From positions 25,792,001 to 25,856,000 of the forward strand of contig OZ260665.1 in NCBI GenBank assembly GCA_965285935.1: a DNA stretch of 64,000 bases, written 5' to 3'. Source of the DNA: Ophelia neglecta. Its lineage: Eukaryota. The position numbers and the translations under genes are program-made. Every line of letters begins with the position of its first letter. The stretch's first letter is position 1. Below, piece by piece: positions 28,935-41,200 of the stretch. Under the pieces are notes generated by a model. The model did no database searches and had not been told where the DNA came from. It saw only the letters and a list, made by a program, of their open reading frames with translations.

Positions 28935-29205
28935 ATAGTCTTAACTCACTTGATATCACTAGGAGTGTTACTAATTAATGTCCGCGGTGACTTCAATAAG
29001 CACATATATTTCAAACTAGTGACAGTGACTAGCTTATCATTCTGATAATGTTGTGAATGCATCGAAGTAATATATTATTAGTCTAAAATCATTTGACATG
29101 ACTAAGGAAGGGTTGCTTAAATTATTTATATATCCCAGGTGCTATTATTTATCGACAAGACTCTGCTTTGCACACCAGTAACAATGACATCAGTGATATC
29201 AACTA

Positions 29206-29380
29206 CAGTAAAACCTGGCCTAAAGGACACCTGACAATTAGGAACACTAACTATTAAGGACATTGTTTTTAGTACAGTTGTAATACTGTACATGTAAAGT
29301 AACCTGTGAAAGAAGGACAACTGAGAAAAGAGGACAGATTTCCCAGTCCATTGGCTGTCCCTAATTGTCAGGTTTCGCTG
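29206..29380. mobile_element. Tc1/mariner (pogo/Tigger-type) MITE
   Basis: TA|CAGTAAAACCTG ... CAGGTTTCGCTG|TA: imperfect TIRs with TA TSD. Confidence 0.7.
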
Positions 29381-31744
29381 TAGTCCAATTGTACTAATGG
29401 AAAAAGATCATGTGGCTCCGCTCTGGACAAAGAAAAAAAAAGGGTCGGGCCGGCCCACTGTTCATCTAATTTACTGCTGAAACAGCCTAATTTACCCTGC
29501 ACACGGCTCTTATTTTCCATATATATTGTGCCTAACTCTCACACACACAAATGTTGCTCTAAAGCAGTGCACTAAAGATGAGTTTTTGAGTAAAAATTTA
29601 AAAAGCAAATAAATGCCTTAATAAGATGAATGAAAAGATAAAATCAACTATTGATATAATTATAAAAGAACAAAGTGACAATGAACCAGATAATAATGAA
29701 GCAGCATTTATGACTGGTTTATTATTAGCCATGTCACTATTTCTTAAAAACCTTTTTAAACAATTCATGCGGTATGGAGAACTTTTATCCAATCGAGAGA
29801 ATAAGGTGAGACCGACCTCCTTCTAAAGTTGATGTGCCACATCACCACTAATAAACACAGTACATTTATGACTCTGCAAAAATGTTAAACAAATGTAAAG
29901 CAGTTGTAAAAAGATAACTTTGCAGAAAAGTCCATTTATTTATCCAATAACTGAGATGAATAATGGGAAGCTAGTATAAATAAATTGCTCTGTGAAAGAT
30001 GTAAAGAAAAACACTTCATTCATATGTCTTGAACTATTTTTCATATATTAACATTTTTGGAAAATGCAGTACTCTTAGCTAAAATATTGAGTGATAGCGA
30101 GCCTCTGGGACAACCATTCTTTTATTTAAGAATAGTAGTTGTCTGGAAGAATGACCTCGCCATTGGTCGTTTGGTTATTTTGTCTATGTATAGAACTAAC
30201 TACTAAAATTGGAATTGTAACATGGGCAAGAGAAGAAAGATCAATCTAACCTAGTGAGGACAGCTTGTCTTGGTAGATTCATCTAAATTGACTCATAAGC
30301 TGGCATGTAATATGTCGCAGAGGAAGGAATAGGAACAAGATGATACTTCTCTTCCCATTAGACTAATAATAGAAGACAACTCAGGGGTGAGCTGAATGAG
30401 CCTAACACCATTGATATATTTGATATGATATCAATCACATAAAATATGTTACATGTTCTAACCCTATAAATCCCTAGACATTATGTCTAAACCATATATG
30501 GAAATTCCATATATGGAAATAGGGAATGCCAATCGCTGTGGAGGCATCCATTCAAGAATACAGTTCTTAATCAGAGAGCCGCTGTTTTTTTGGTTGGTCG
30601 TTTGCTAGTGGCTTCCAAAAGCAATGATAAAAATGTCTCCCAAAGACAATAATACAAAATGGGGGTAATCCATTCTCAGCCCGAAGGAGGTAGACCAGGA
30701 ACTACATGTAGTCCTATTTCGGTAAACAAATTGGAGGAAGTTGCAATTGCAGACGACATATATAACCAATATCAGAGCATGTCAGATCTCTTTAGGCATA
30801 GATGTGTACCCGATTTCAGTAGACAGACTATAAAACTAAGACTGTTTAAAATCAGTTTATTTGTGATAAACAGGAGGCACAATCTAGCATGTAATGTACA
30901 TAAAGAGTACCTGTTACCCAGGTTTACTTTTACATACGTTTCATGATGGCAAATAGTACATAAAATTATTTTTAAAAAGTTTCCTGAACACAATGAAATT
31001 AATAAAATCATGAAAGGCAGTAATATTTCTAACATGCTACTCATTAATTACACATCAAGGGATAAACTATGCACACTTATGGTAAGTAAAATGGTATATT
31101 GAAAAATATAAAAAAAACTACAAAGAAAATACTTATTTTATTACATGTAAACATGAACACATATTGATGTAGATGAACACAGTTAGGTGAGAACATCAAG
31201 ATATGCCCTGCTTCTGGCAGCTAGACCATATAAAGGTTGTTTGTTGGCCCTTCACCATAATATTTACGGCCTGTAGATGCAGCAGGATTTACCAAAAATA
31301 GAATGACATCTGGTTTTTTGGCTACTGGGAGCAATGAACTAAGGAGCCAGCAGCCAGACTTATTTCTCTTAGAGAAGCCATAAACCATGGCACCTTCTAC
31401 TCATAGCATGCTGGACTCTCACACCTGTGTTATAATAATATGTCGAGAGTATTAGCAATGCCATAATAAAAACACACAAAATAATGCACCCTCAAACATG
31501 TTAATCTCAATATGAAACAGCTATTTATGACCCTGCCTAGTTTATGATTATTTTCCATTTTGCATCCACTGTGTATTTGTTGGAATAAGGCAGATACCCA
31601 CATCAAATTGTAATGTTTGAGGCATCTTAGAATTGTACTTTGCAGACAAATACAATTTGCTAAGCCCATTAGTTCATGCCAGTAGGGCTTTTCCTATGGG
31701 TTAAGTATGTAAGGTTTCCACTTTGCATCTTAAAAGGTCTGGCA

Positions 31745-32160
31745 AGTTTTTCCTATGGTTGTCATTAGCCAGGTTTTTTCTATGGGTGTTATCAGTCTGG
31801 TTTTCCCTATGGATGTTATCAGTCTGGTTTTCCCATGGATGTTATCAGTCTGGTTTTCCCATGGATGTTATCAGTCTGGTTTTCCCATGGATGTTATCAG
31901 TCTGGTTTTCCCATGGATGTTATCAGTCTGGTTTTCCCATGGATGTTATCAGTCTGGTTTTCCCATGGATGTTATCAGTCTGGTTTTCCCATGGATGTTA
32001 TTAGTCTGGTTTTCCCATGGATGTTATCCGTCTGGTTTTCCCATGGATGTTCTCAGTCTGGTTTTCCCTATGGCTGTTGTCAGTCTGGTTTTCCCTATGG
32101 CTGTTGTCAGTCAGGTTTTCCCTATGGCTGTTGTCAGTCAGGTTTTTCCTATGGGGGTTA
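31745..32160. repeat. 26/27-bp minisatellite in the PMS2 3' UTR region
   Basis: About 15 copies of ATCAGTCTGGTTTTCCCATGGATGTT; the core is homogeneous and the edge units are diverged 27-mers. Confidence 0.95.
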
Positions 32161-32166
32161 TCTTCA

Positions 32167-32241
32167 CTAAGATTGTGGTCCATCAGAAATCATATTCAAG
32201 TTCACCAGGTGTCTCATAGTCGGTCTTCCATGGGGACAGTT
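32167..32241 (-). CDS. PMS2: PMS2 coding exon 22 (terminal)
   Basis: [24 protein letters not shown] (CPHGRP zinc-binding motif). Confidence 0.95.
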   Translation of the reverse strand, partial: NCPHGRPTMRHLVNLNMISDGPQS

Positions 32242-35200
32242 CTGTAAGGAAAATATCGAAAATAGAATAGACAGGTTAATTATTTATAATTGTGCAGGAG
32301 TTATTAATTATTTATCTGTACACTGAGACAGGGTCCCATGCAATATGTCTCCAAGAACACAGCAATTCAATCAGAAAACTGCAAATAGCACACAGGCAAA
32401 CACAGAATGACTGAGAAATTATAATTAAGCGGGCTACAACGTGTATGTTATAATATTATAGTACCTCAAGAAATCAGAATAAGTCAAGAATTGTGGATGA
32501 AGTCATTTATATACAAGATAATACATGTACTCGCAAAAGCAGAGAAAAGTTAAAAAGCTGGTAGGTTTTTTAAGTAATAGTAGTAACTGTAGTGTCCTGC
32601 CATTTGAAAATGTTTAAGACAATATGGCATTTTGCACGGGCTAGCATTACTATGTCATCATCCTTCGTTTGGGCTGAGTGATAATAAGTGCAGTATTATC
32701 AGGTATCTGGTATCAGAATCGTCACATCCATTTTCCTTTTTTTTTGCCTCTGTGTGATCGATATAGTCTGGAAACTTTGGACTTACCCAGGGTTGTTCAA
32801 TTTCACCCATGTGGTTTACAACCTGCAGAAGAAAAGGCAAGTACACGTATGAGCTGGGTATTCAATAAGTTAACACCCTAACGGCACCTTCAAATGGAGA
32901 TTTAAGAGGACTTCATAGCATAGCATGATAACTTGACAGGGTAACCCTGTGAAACTGCTCTGGTCGATCAGCATATGAAGTCCCATGTGAAGTAGTTATA
33001 GGCATAAGCACTGCGCCTCATTGGCTAAAGGTAATTGGTCTTACTCTTAAATGCAAAATGACCATCGCAGGTACGGAAATGGTCGTTTTCATTAAAGCAT
33101 GGCTAGGGTAATCTGACATGAAAACCTCGAGGCCAAATAAGTACCCAAGATATTAACTTTGAAAAATGGTAGGAGACAAAAAACTGCAAGGACTTTCTCT
33201 TTATTACACAACAAAGTACTGTGGCAGCTGGACCCTGGAGCCCTTTAATCACAAAGAGTGACATCATAATTTTTGCACAAACATACCAAGAATAGTGGTA
33301 GGTTTGAATATTGACTTAAATGATTCATTGATGTCCATTTTACCAATCAGGTGTAATACAGATATACCATGACAGACCTTTTTTTCTTGGCGGAGGGGAG
33401 ATGTAATATAGTATAGTGGGGTCCACTTGGAGGAGCTTGTTTTAAGACAAGGAGGTATGATGGAACCCCCTCCCCCCTCCCCACACTGCTGTGGCTGTGC
33501 CTGCCCAGAGCAGGGACCACCACCATCTGAAAGGGAATGTGCACTTGTCGCTCTTAAATAAAAGTAAAACCCCAACCCCCTAGTAAAATCCCAGCTCTGT
33601 CCCTGGCCACTATTAACCCAAATACATATTCAATATGTATATGTGTACCTTCCTCATTTCACTGTTGTTGAGAGCCGTTCCTATCATGATAGACTTACGA
33701 CAAGCACGGGAGGCGAACATTTGGCGAATCCTTGATGGTCTGCACATCACTCCCTACATGGCAATTAAAGAAATGAACAGGCAGTTAGTTTAGACTAAGA
33801 ACAGTGTTTGCTCCCATTACAGGCATAAATTCAATTGCAGAGAAGTTTAGTTCCTCATTAAAATGCAATCTTGTAGTTATAGCAAAAGAATATATAGAAC
33901 TTAACATGCAATTCAGAAGTAAGAAATTACCGGAGAGTCTGTCAGCATGAAAATCATTTCCTCAATGTCTGTTGAAGAAAAAAGTACAGTAAAGGCAATG
34001 AACTGACTTGGGTACCCAACAGGCTAAACTTTGTACGACAACTTTATTTGATGAACTTATGCACAAAAGCTGAAATGACAAGAAATAACCCTGCAAAAGG
34101 ATTTCCTTAAAAACATATGAATACTGTGGTTCGAGCTAGTGTTATATTATGCCTTGTTAAAGACCCAATACCAATAACGAACAGCCTGACTTGTCATTAG
34201 CACCGCGAGGTTTCAATTAAGGCACATTTAATGTGCCTATATTGAACAACTTTTGAACCCAATAAATGTCAATTTATAAATAAACGAGATATAATCATAC
34301 TGTAGATGTAAATCATCTGTGGAACCATGCACTAAAGTTTTGGGCATAAGGTAGGCTGAAAGGATTATCACTTTTGTTTCTTATCACATGACTATTAACA
34401 GGTCTTCAGAGGCAGATAAAGAGAAAAACATTAACAAACATGAGTTAGACAGAGCAATGTGTGAGTGTTTCTTACCTATGGAAGCACTCTATAGTTACAA
34501 TAAGTCATGCAATGTGCATCATAGTATGTTGCAAACTTTTCATTATTTCATTATCAATGTATATCTGAAAGCTGGAATTTTCATACCCACTAAATCTGGG
34601 TATAACTCTCGGAGGTAGTATGTTACGAAAACATCCAAACTCTGAAGTCATGGTGATAAATGTATATCACACACTGTATATGTAATGGACTCTGTAAATG
34701 CAGTCAAATTATTAAAATACGACAAACCTGATGGTAATACCGATCATTTTAAAAATCATTTGTCTAATGGTACATTATTCTGCTATATTTCACTTTAAAT
34801 TTATATAAAAACATCATTAGTCATGGATTTACCCCTGTCAATATGTTGCTTTCTTCCATGATACCGATTCCTTAAAACAAACGTAAATCACTCAATGAGT
34901 CTTAAAACTACTGAGCTATATTGCTCTTAGCAGGGTTCTAGGTATACCACCTGACAAGATTCTCTTGGACAAATGCAAATTTTTATCACGTCTGACTATC
35001 AATATGGTTTCAAAAGCAACACTAAATGAAATTATCTAATAATATCAGAACACTGATTCAACGGTTTTTGTTACACCTACTGGATGCCTCTAAATCGTCT
35101 GATTGTTTAAAATATGTTAAATTGGTTAGTATTTAATGTCAAAGAATATATGTCTAGTGATTGCTAGATTTTTTGTTAGCTTTTATACAAATGAGAAGTT

Positions 35201-38200
35201 ACCAATCATGTGGGTAACACTAGGGGACAACTTTCTGGTATATAATGGTGTCAAACAGCGGATGTACTGTCCCTCTTGTTATTTACTGATCAGCTACGCT
35301 GTAGACTTAAAGAAGCTCCCTGTGGTTGCCATGTTAGTCAGGTGTTCTGTGGAGCCTTCTGGTTAAGATGATGATGTGACACGTTTATGTCCCACTGTGT
35401 CAAGTCTGAAATGTCAGTTGAGCATTTGTTCCAGGTTTGCAACAGAATTCAATATCATATTCAATTCTTCCACGAGCAAGATGTTTTTGTCTAGTCCAGC
35501 CGGTACATCAGTAAATCCCCCTGCAGTTGAGTACATGGGTGTATCTATCGACTGTTTAAAATTTGAAAAACACGTAGGTAATTTTTGGGCAAAATATGTG
35601 ACATTATAACTGGTATCACAAAAGACTTCCTGGCTACATCTAATATGGTAAAGGTCATGTGAATGGTAAAGGTCAACTTTGGGTGACTTCCTGTAGACAT
35701 TATATATACTTCTCTTATTGTATGCCTCTGTATGGATCTGTACTATTGGACATCAGCTCCTTGGCCACAGAGTGGTTTAATGAACCCAAAGTACACTACT
35801 TTATTTTATATGTAAGGATGTACCAATCTCCGTGCAACTTGGCAGTCGCTTCCCGTCTTTCCTGAAGAGTTAAGTGAGCAGCAAAATCGTTTGTGCCAGG
35901 TTAAGTATCATGCTGGCTCTCTGAGGGAGCAGGTCTCCATCAACTTCTAACAACATTACACATGTATCTGGTCTTCTCGGTTGCCCAAGAACTGCATTAA
36001 CTCAATAGAGTCGGAAACATGTCACCTCTTATGAAGAATTTGATGTGAATCAACCAAAAATATATTTCAGGCGAGTGTACATGTAATTCGGGACTTGCTA
36101 CCTATGAGACCCTACAGGTTTTTCTCATGTCATTCCAACCCAAGAAGTAGGGTATGACTTAACTGCAAATTTACATTGTTCCTGCAAAAACTGTCCATAC
36201 ATTTACATAACAGGAGGTCTGCCCAAGATAGGACCTATTCTACAGCCCTTCATAATCAGATTGCTGATTTTAAGTAGCTTTGTTATACATACTCCCCATG
36301 TGATTAAGCTGTGTGTACAAATAATGCTACAGAAACTTCATTATTTGTTAAAGCAGGGTTGAGCTACTGGCACATATGACTTTTGAATATGGGTAGAGGT
36401 GGCAGTAGTAGTAGCCGTCCCCAGCCAGGGGGACTGATAATTGCTGCAGGTTGCAGACGGGCAGAGCAACCCATAAATTACCTCCCTGATGATATATATA
36501 GATACAGTACAATACCATGAGTCTTCTTTGTGGTAAAAATTTATACCGGGAGAAAATACATACCGGGAGAAGACAGCTGAAATGTCCTTTGTTATGAAAC
36601 CATAAACAATGCTTAGCTGACACACTGCTATGTCTATAAAACACACACTGTCAGCTAGAATACCCATCGCGCTTACCAAACTCTGTTTACACAGACCCTT
36701 TTTTTTTGCATAATTCCTTCTGGAAACACGCTGTCTCACCTTCTTTCCCAAAGGACCAATTTTTGCTCACTGGCATGGAGCTAAGACCAACTCTTTCCCC
36801 ACAAGGAGCTGAAAATATGAAGAAAGACAGAATTTAATGTTAAAGATAGATATTTGAATGGAAAAAAAGACACATAGAGGTGCAAAGAGGAACCAATTGG
36901 TATTCCCTAGGATGCAAGAACATTCTAATCATGACGGCCTACATGTATATGTGTATTCAAAAATCCCTGGGTTGTTATGGTAGTAAGGATCTGTACAAGC
37001 ACACATTGCTGGGCCCTTTTTCCTAACAGCTAACTGGTAGGCAAGTCTAAAAAAGTACTGATAGAAAATAGGTCTTAACAATCTTCCAGACTCATAGCTC
37101 TACAAAATATATAGAGAGTCAAGTCCAGGGAAAGACACTGTTGTAAAGCACAAACGAGGCTGTTTTATATATTGAGCCTTCAATACAAGCTCCAAAAATC
37201 TCGCCTATACTCTGTGGTGAAAAATATTGGAAATATAAAATACACTCCACTGGGCTAAGTACCCTAACTATAGTCTGAGGTCATAAAAAACCATCCCCCC
37301 TGCAAACTATATTTATTTAAAAGATACATTTAGATTTCCTTTCATGACATTGTACATGTACATTGTCTGCAATCTTCATCACCAAAACATTAAAGCAAAA
37401 ACTTGTGAACAATTAAGAAAAAAGCACATACTTGTGTGACACAAGTATGTGCTTTTTTAAGTTGTGTGGTGTCATTGTAGAGACATTTCCACTTGAAGCT
37501 GGGGTAAGGCTTTCAGCAATGATGCCATTGTCGCCCTTAAAATTACCAGCTTGTTGGTAATGCACCTGGGAACTACATGTTCATGTACATGCATATTGCC
37601 ATGCATTAGTCAGTCACAGGGTAATTTCTCAAATACTAAATGATCATAGTCGTTCTGTAGCTTGATACCATCCGGAGTGTTAAATTACATGGCCATCAAA
37701 CAGATTAGGGTGATAATATCTTGGTTTAATAGTCATCTGAGCTCAATATGACTGAAGAAGATTGTGTGTCTCATTTCCCCTTTAAATGGAAGCTTTTAGA
37801 CATACAACTTCACATTGATATCAAGGTGCAGGCTCCTCTTTCATGATTATAACTGTTGTTAGTATCATTTTCTACTTTTTTTCACTCTGCATCCTGAATC
37901 CCTCAAATAGAATTAACAACAAACAGCCAAGTTGATTAATGACTCCATTTACACATTCAGTGTTTCAAAAACATCCCGGTACTAAATTAACCCCAAGCAC
38001 AGGTTTATATCATGATAATACATTGACAAAAGAGGACGCATTCTGACACTGCATTGCTTACCTAACAGAACTCAACAGGCAGTGTTTTACAGCATCTAAA
38101 GGTGGGTTTAATGAAATGTGAGTGAAATTAATATTAAAGTTGAGAACCTTATTCTACGCTTCACAATGTGAGAGCAGAGGATTTGACTATATATAGTAAC

Positions 38201-41200
38201 GGCATTACAATATAAAAATATCTGCCTGGCACGTTTTTTGTCTGCGGGATGGCTGCAAAATGATAAAGGAAGGTATATCAAATTAGAGCACAGTTCATAA
38301 ACAAGTCAGCACTGAAAAGGCTTGTAGCTTAAGCTAAAAGGCCACATGCCAGTAAGATCAAGGGTTAAAATTCTATCATTCAAAATGCTGTATTACTAAA
38401 GTTATAAAGTAGTATGACAGAACTCTAGCTACCATCTTCGTTGATTATAAATTCAAATCCATTTGATTTCAGTATGTCCAAGTTGTCTAGTAGTATAACC
38501 TCATTCATGGCAGTCAGTTGAAGATTTTGTGGCCTGTGAAACACATTAATCGACAGCATTAATCAGGGTACTTACTCTGAGAGAAATGAACATAAAAATT
38601 AAAATCTATAATTCAATACATATCACTAGGACCAGATCAATTTTGAGGGAATTTAATAAGTCAATAGGACAGAGTTTACTGACATAAAGGTTCTGATACT
38701 GTTTCAGATAGTAAGACGTCCAACTGCTTGCTATGCATTTAAAAAGTGTCAATAGTCCTCAAAATCATCTGCAGTAAGGCAAGCTAACTTGAGCCTCTGC
38801 ACTAATGGGAAAAGAATTTTCCTTATTACCTTATCAGCTTTTGTCCATGAAGTATAGTGTGCCTCTGTAGCATCTCAAAGTTATACTTTTCGTCTGTAGC
38901 ATGCTGATCAATGATAAACAGGTCTGGGCCTAATTTTCCGATGATGAAGCCAAGATTGAACTGCAAATTGAAATTCTGTGAAAAGTCACTCAAACACAGC
39001 ACTTAGCATAGATGATGTGGGTGGTGACCTCGGGTTACTGGCCTGTTTACTTGTTGTTATGGGACAGGTGACATTATGCTAGCATATTATCAATTAACCA
39101 GGCAGGATGGGAACATTTGGACATCTCCCTTTTGCAATCATGCTACATCTCGTTGCCTAGCGACCACATGGCTGCCTTGTTATGAATAGAGGCTTATCAA
39201 TCAAACTTGGTTCAAGAAACTTTCACTTTTATCATAACACAATAATAATGTTTATTTTGAATCAGTTGCTCGCCTTACTTTTATGAGGCATAAAATGGTA
39301 GCATTAACTTTGATAATAGTCTTTAATACTTCATCGCCTGGTATTTCATCATAACGTTAACTTAACATAATGCAGTTAGGCCAACTTGGGTCTATCACAA
39401 TTTTGTAATATTGTAAATAACATCATTTAAATCAGCCAATAGAAAAATGATAACTGCCGGAATCCAAGATGGCAGACGGGAAGCATGATAAATGACAATC
39501 AGTGCTTTAAAAATCTGTTTCTTTCGGAAATTATGTCTTCCATATTATAAACAGAGATCATGAACAACCAAATGCTTATGTGCCTTGCTGTTTAGCTCAA
39601 ATTTGCATATTCTCATGGCATTTTGATAAGTACAAATTACCAAGTTTGATAATTAAACTCTCTTGCAGGCCCCAGCCTTAACTGATCAATGGACCCCAGA
39701 AATTAAATATTCACGTTTCTTTTGAAAACTCACAAAGAATCTAGGGTATTCTGGGAAAAGCCTTTTAAAAGTTTCTTTGGTACAAATGTACATTAAATAA
39801 GTCCAAAGCTGAGAAGGTTAAAAATTCCCATGCAATTTTCCAAGGATACATAATTGTCGTATTGGTGGCCATGCTGTTCCATGCCAGATGAATGGAGAGT
39901 GTCGGTTACATGTTTTGACCGATAGGCAGTGAATCGTTTATGTCACCACCTGCTAGTCACAGACTACGGGGACCTTAATGACATGACTGTCACACATGAA
40001 GATGTACAAGCTATAGCATATGGCAATTAAGCAGTATTTCTTGTTATTCATTGTAGCTTCAGATTGTTTTTTAGCATGTCTTCAAAGGGCAAAGCTTAGA
40101 AAATCACCTGTCCAAGGATTTCCATACTGGGAAACATGTCCTTGCTGTAAAACAGAAAAAAAAAATCTTTTGACTGATTCCATGTTAACAAAGTATAATA
40201 TAGGCAAGGAAAATGTCATGCAGAAATAAAAACACTAATTTCACAAGTAATATTAAATTCCCACCAATATTATTCTCCATATTTATAAGACGCACAAAGA
40301 CTTGATGCATTGAATAACTGACAAAACAAAAATCATGACAATCAATACTTTAAAGACATTTTCATGAAAATTATGTCTCCCATATGATAGATAATGATCA
40401 AACAAAGGTTTTGTTCTTCGCTTCTTTGGCTCAAATTAAAATATTTTTCATGGCAACTTGACAGCACATATTGTGAAATCTGAAAAAAAAAACCTAAAAC
40501 TAGCTTTATTGGTCCCACTAATGTCACTGTGCCATCATTACCAATCACAGGTAAAACACACTGATACTACCCTGGTCCCTGGGCGGTGGGCTGGCTTATG
40601 TCCTGCTTTACAGAACTTGCTGAGTAATCCAGAATAAGAGCATTAGCAGTGCATCTTTGAAAATAATGCACAAAAATCATAGAACTGAAAAATAAATGAA
40701 TCTTCTTAGATTCTGTTCCTTTCGTAATTTAATAAGACAAAACCAAGTGAGAGGTTCTTAGGAATGAAACCTTGATCCAGACATCTCCCTAGGCAGAGGT
40801 AAGGGGATGTTCACTTGATTGAATTGCTGAATACCTCATTCATTGTTCCCAAGAGGAAAAAAATCTTATACAATTCAGGCATTACTGTTTGAATCAATAA
40901 ATTTTAGTATATTGTGTTTAAGTAGATTAGTCAATGGGATACTTTTTGTGCTCCCAGTTTATCTCCTAGAGAGATCCCTGCTCAATGTCAAATACAATAT
41001 AAATCTATTTATATAATCTATTTACACGACAACACACTAATGAGAATCAGACACACAGAAAGGCTTCAGGCCAGTGGCCATGTTTCTGGCCAGCGGCCAT
41101 GTTTCTGGCCAGCGGCCATGTTTCTGGCCAGCGGCCATTGTCACTGACCTAATCTCCTTTTTTAGCTCCTCCTCTGCCGTCTGATTATCACCAGGGCTGA

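Noticed and set aside
55-31700. Numerous 60-115-aa ORFs and isolated exon-like segments (e.g. 12971-13053)
   Set aside because: No recognisable domains, many non-ATG starts, and no chain of phase-compatible exons could be assembled.
31723-32247. Repetitive ORFs (MDVISLVFPWMLSVWFSHGCYQSGFP...) and a CRISPR-like appearance
   Set aside because: These are translations of a spacer-less 26-bp minisatellite; there are no unique spacers or cas genes, and the context is eukaryotic.
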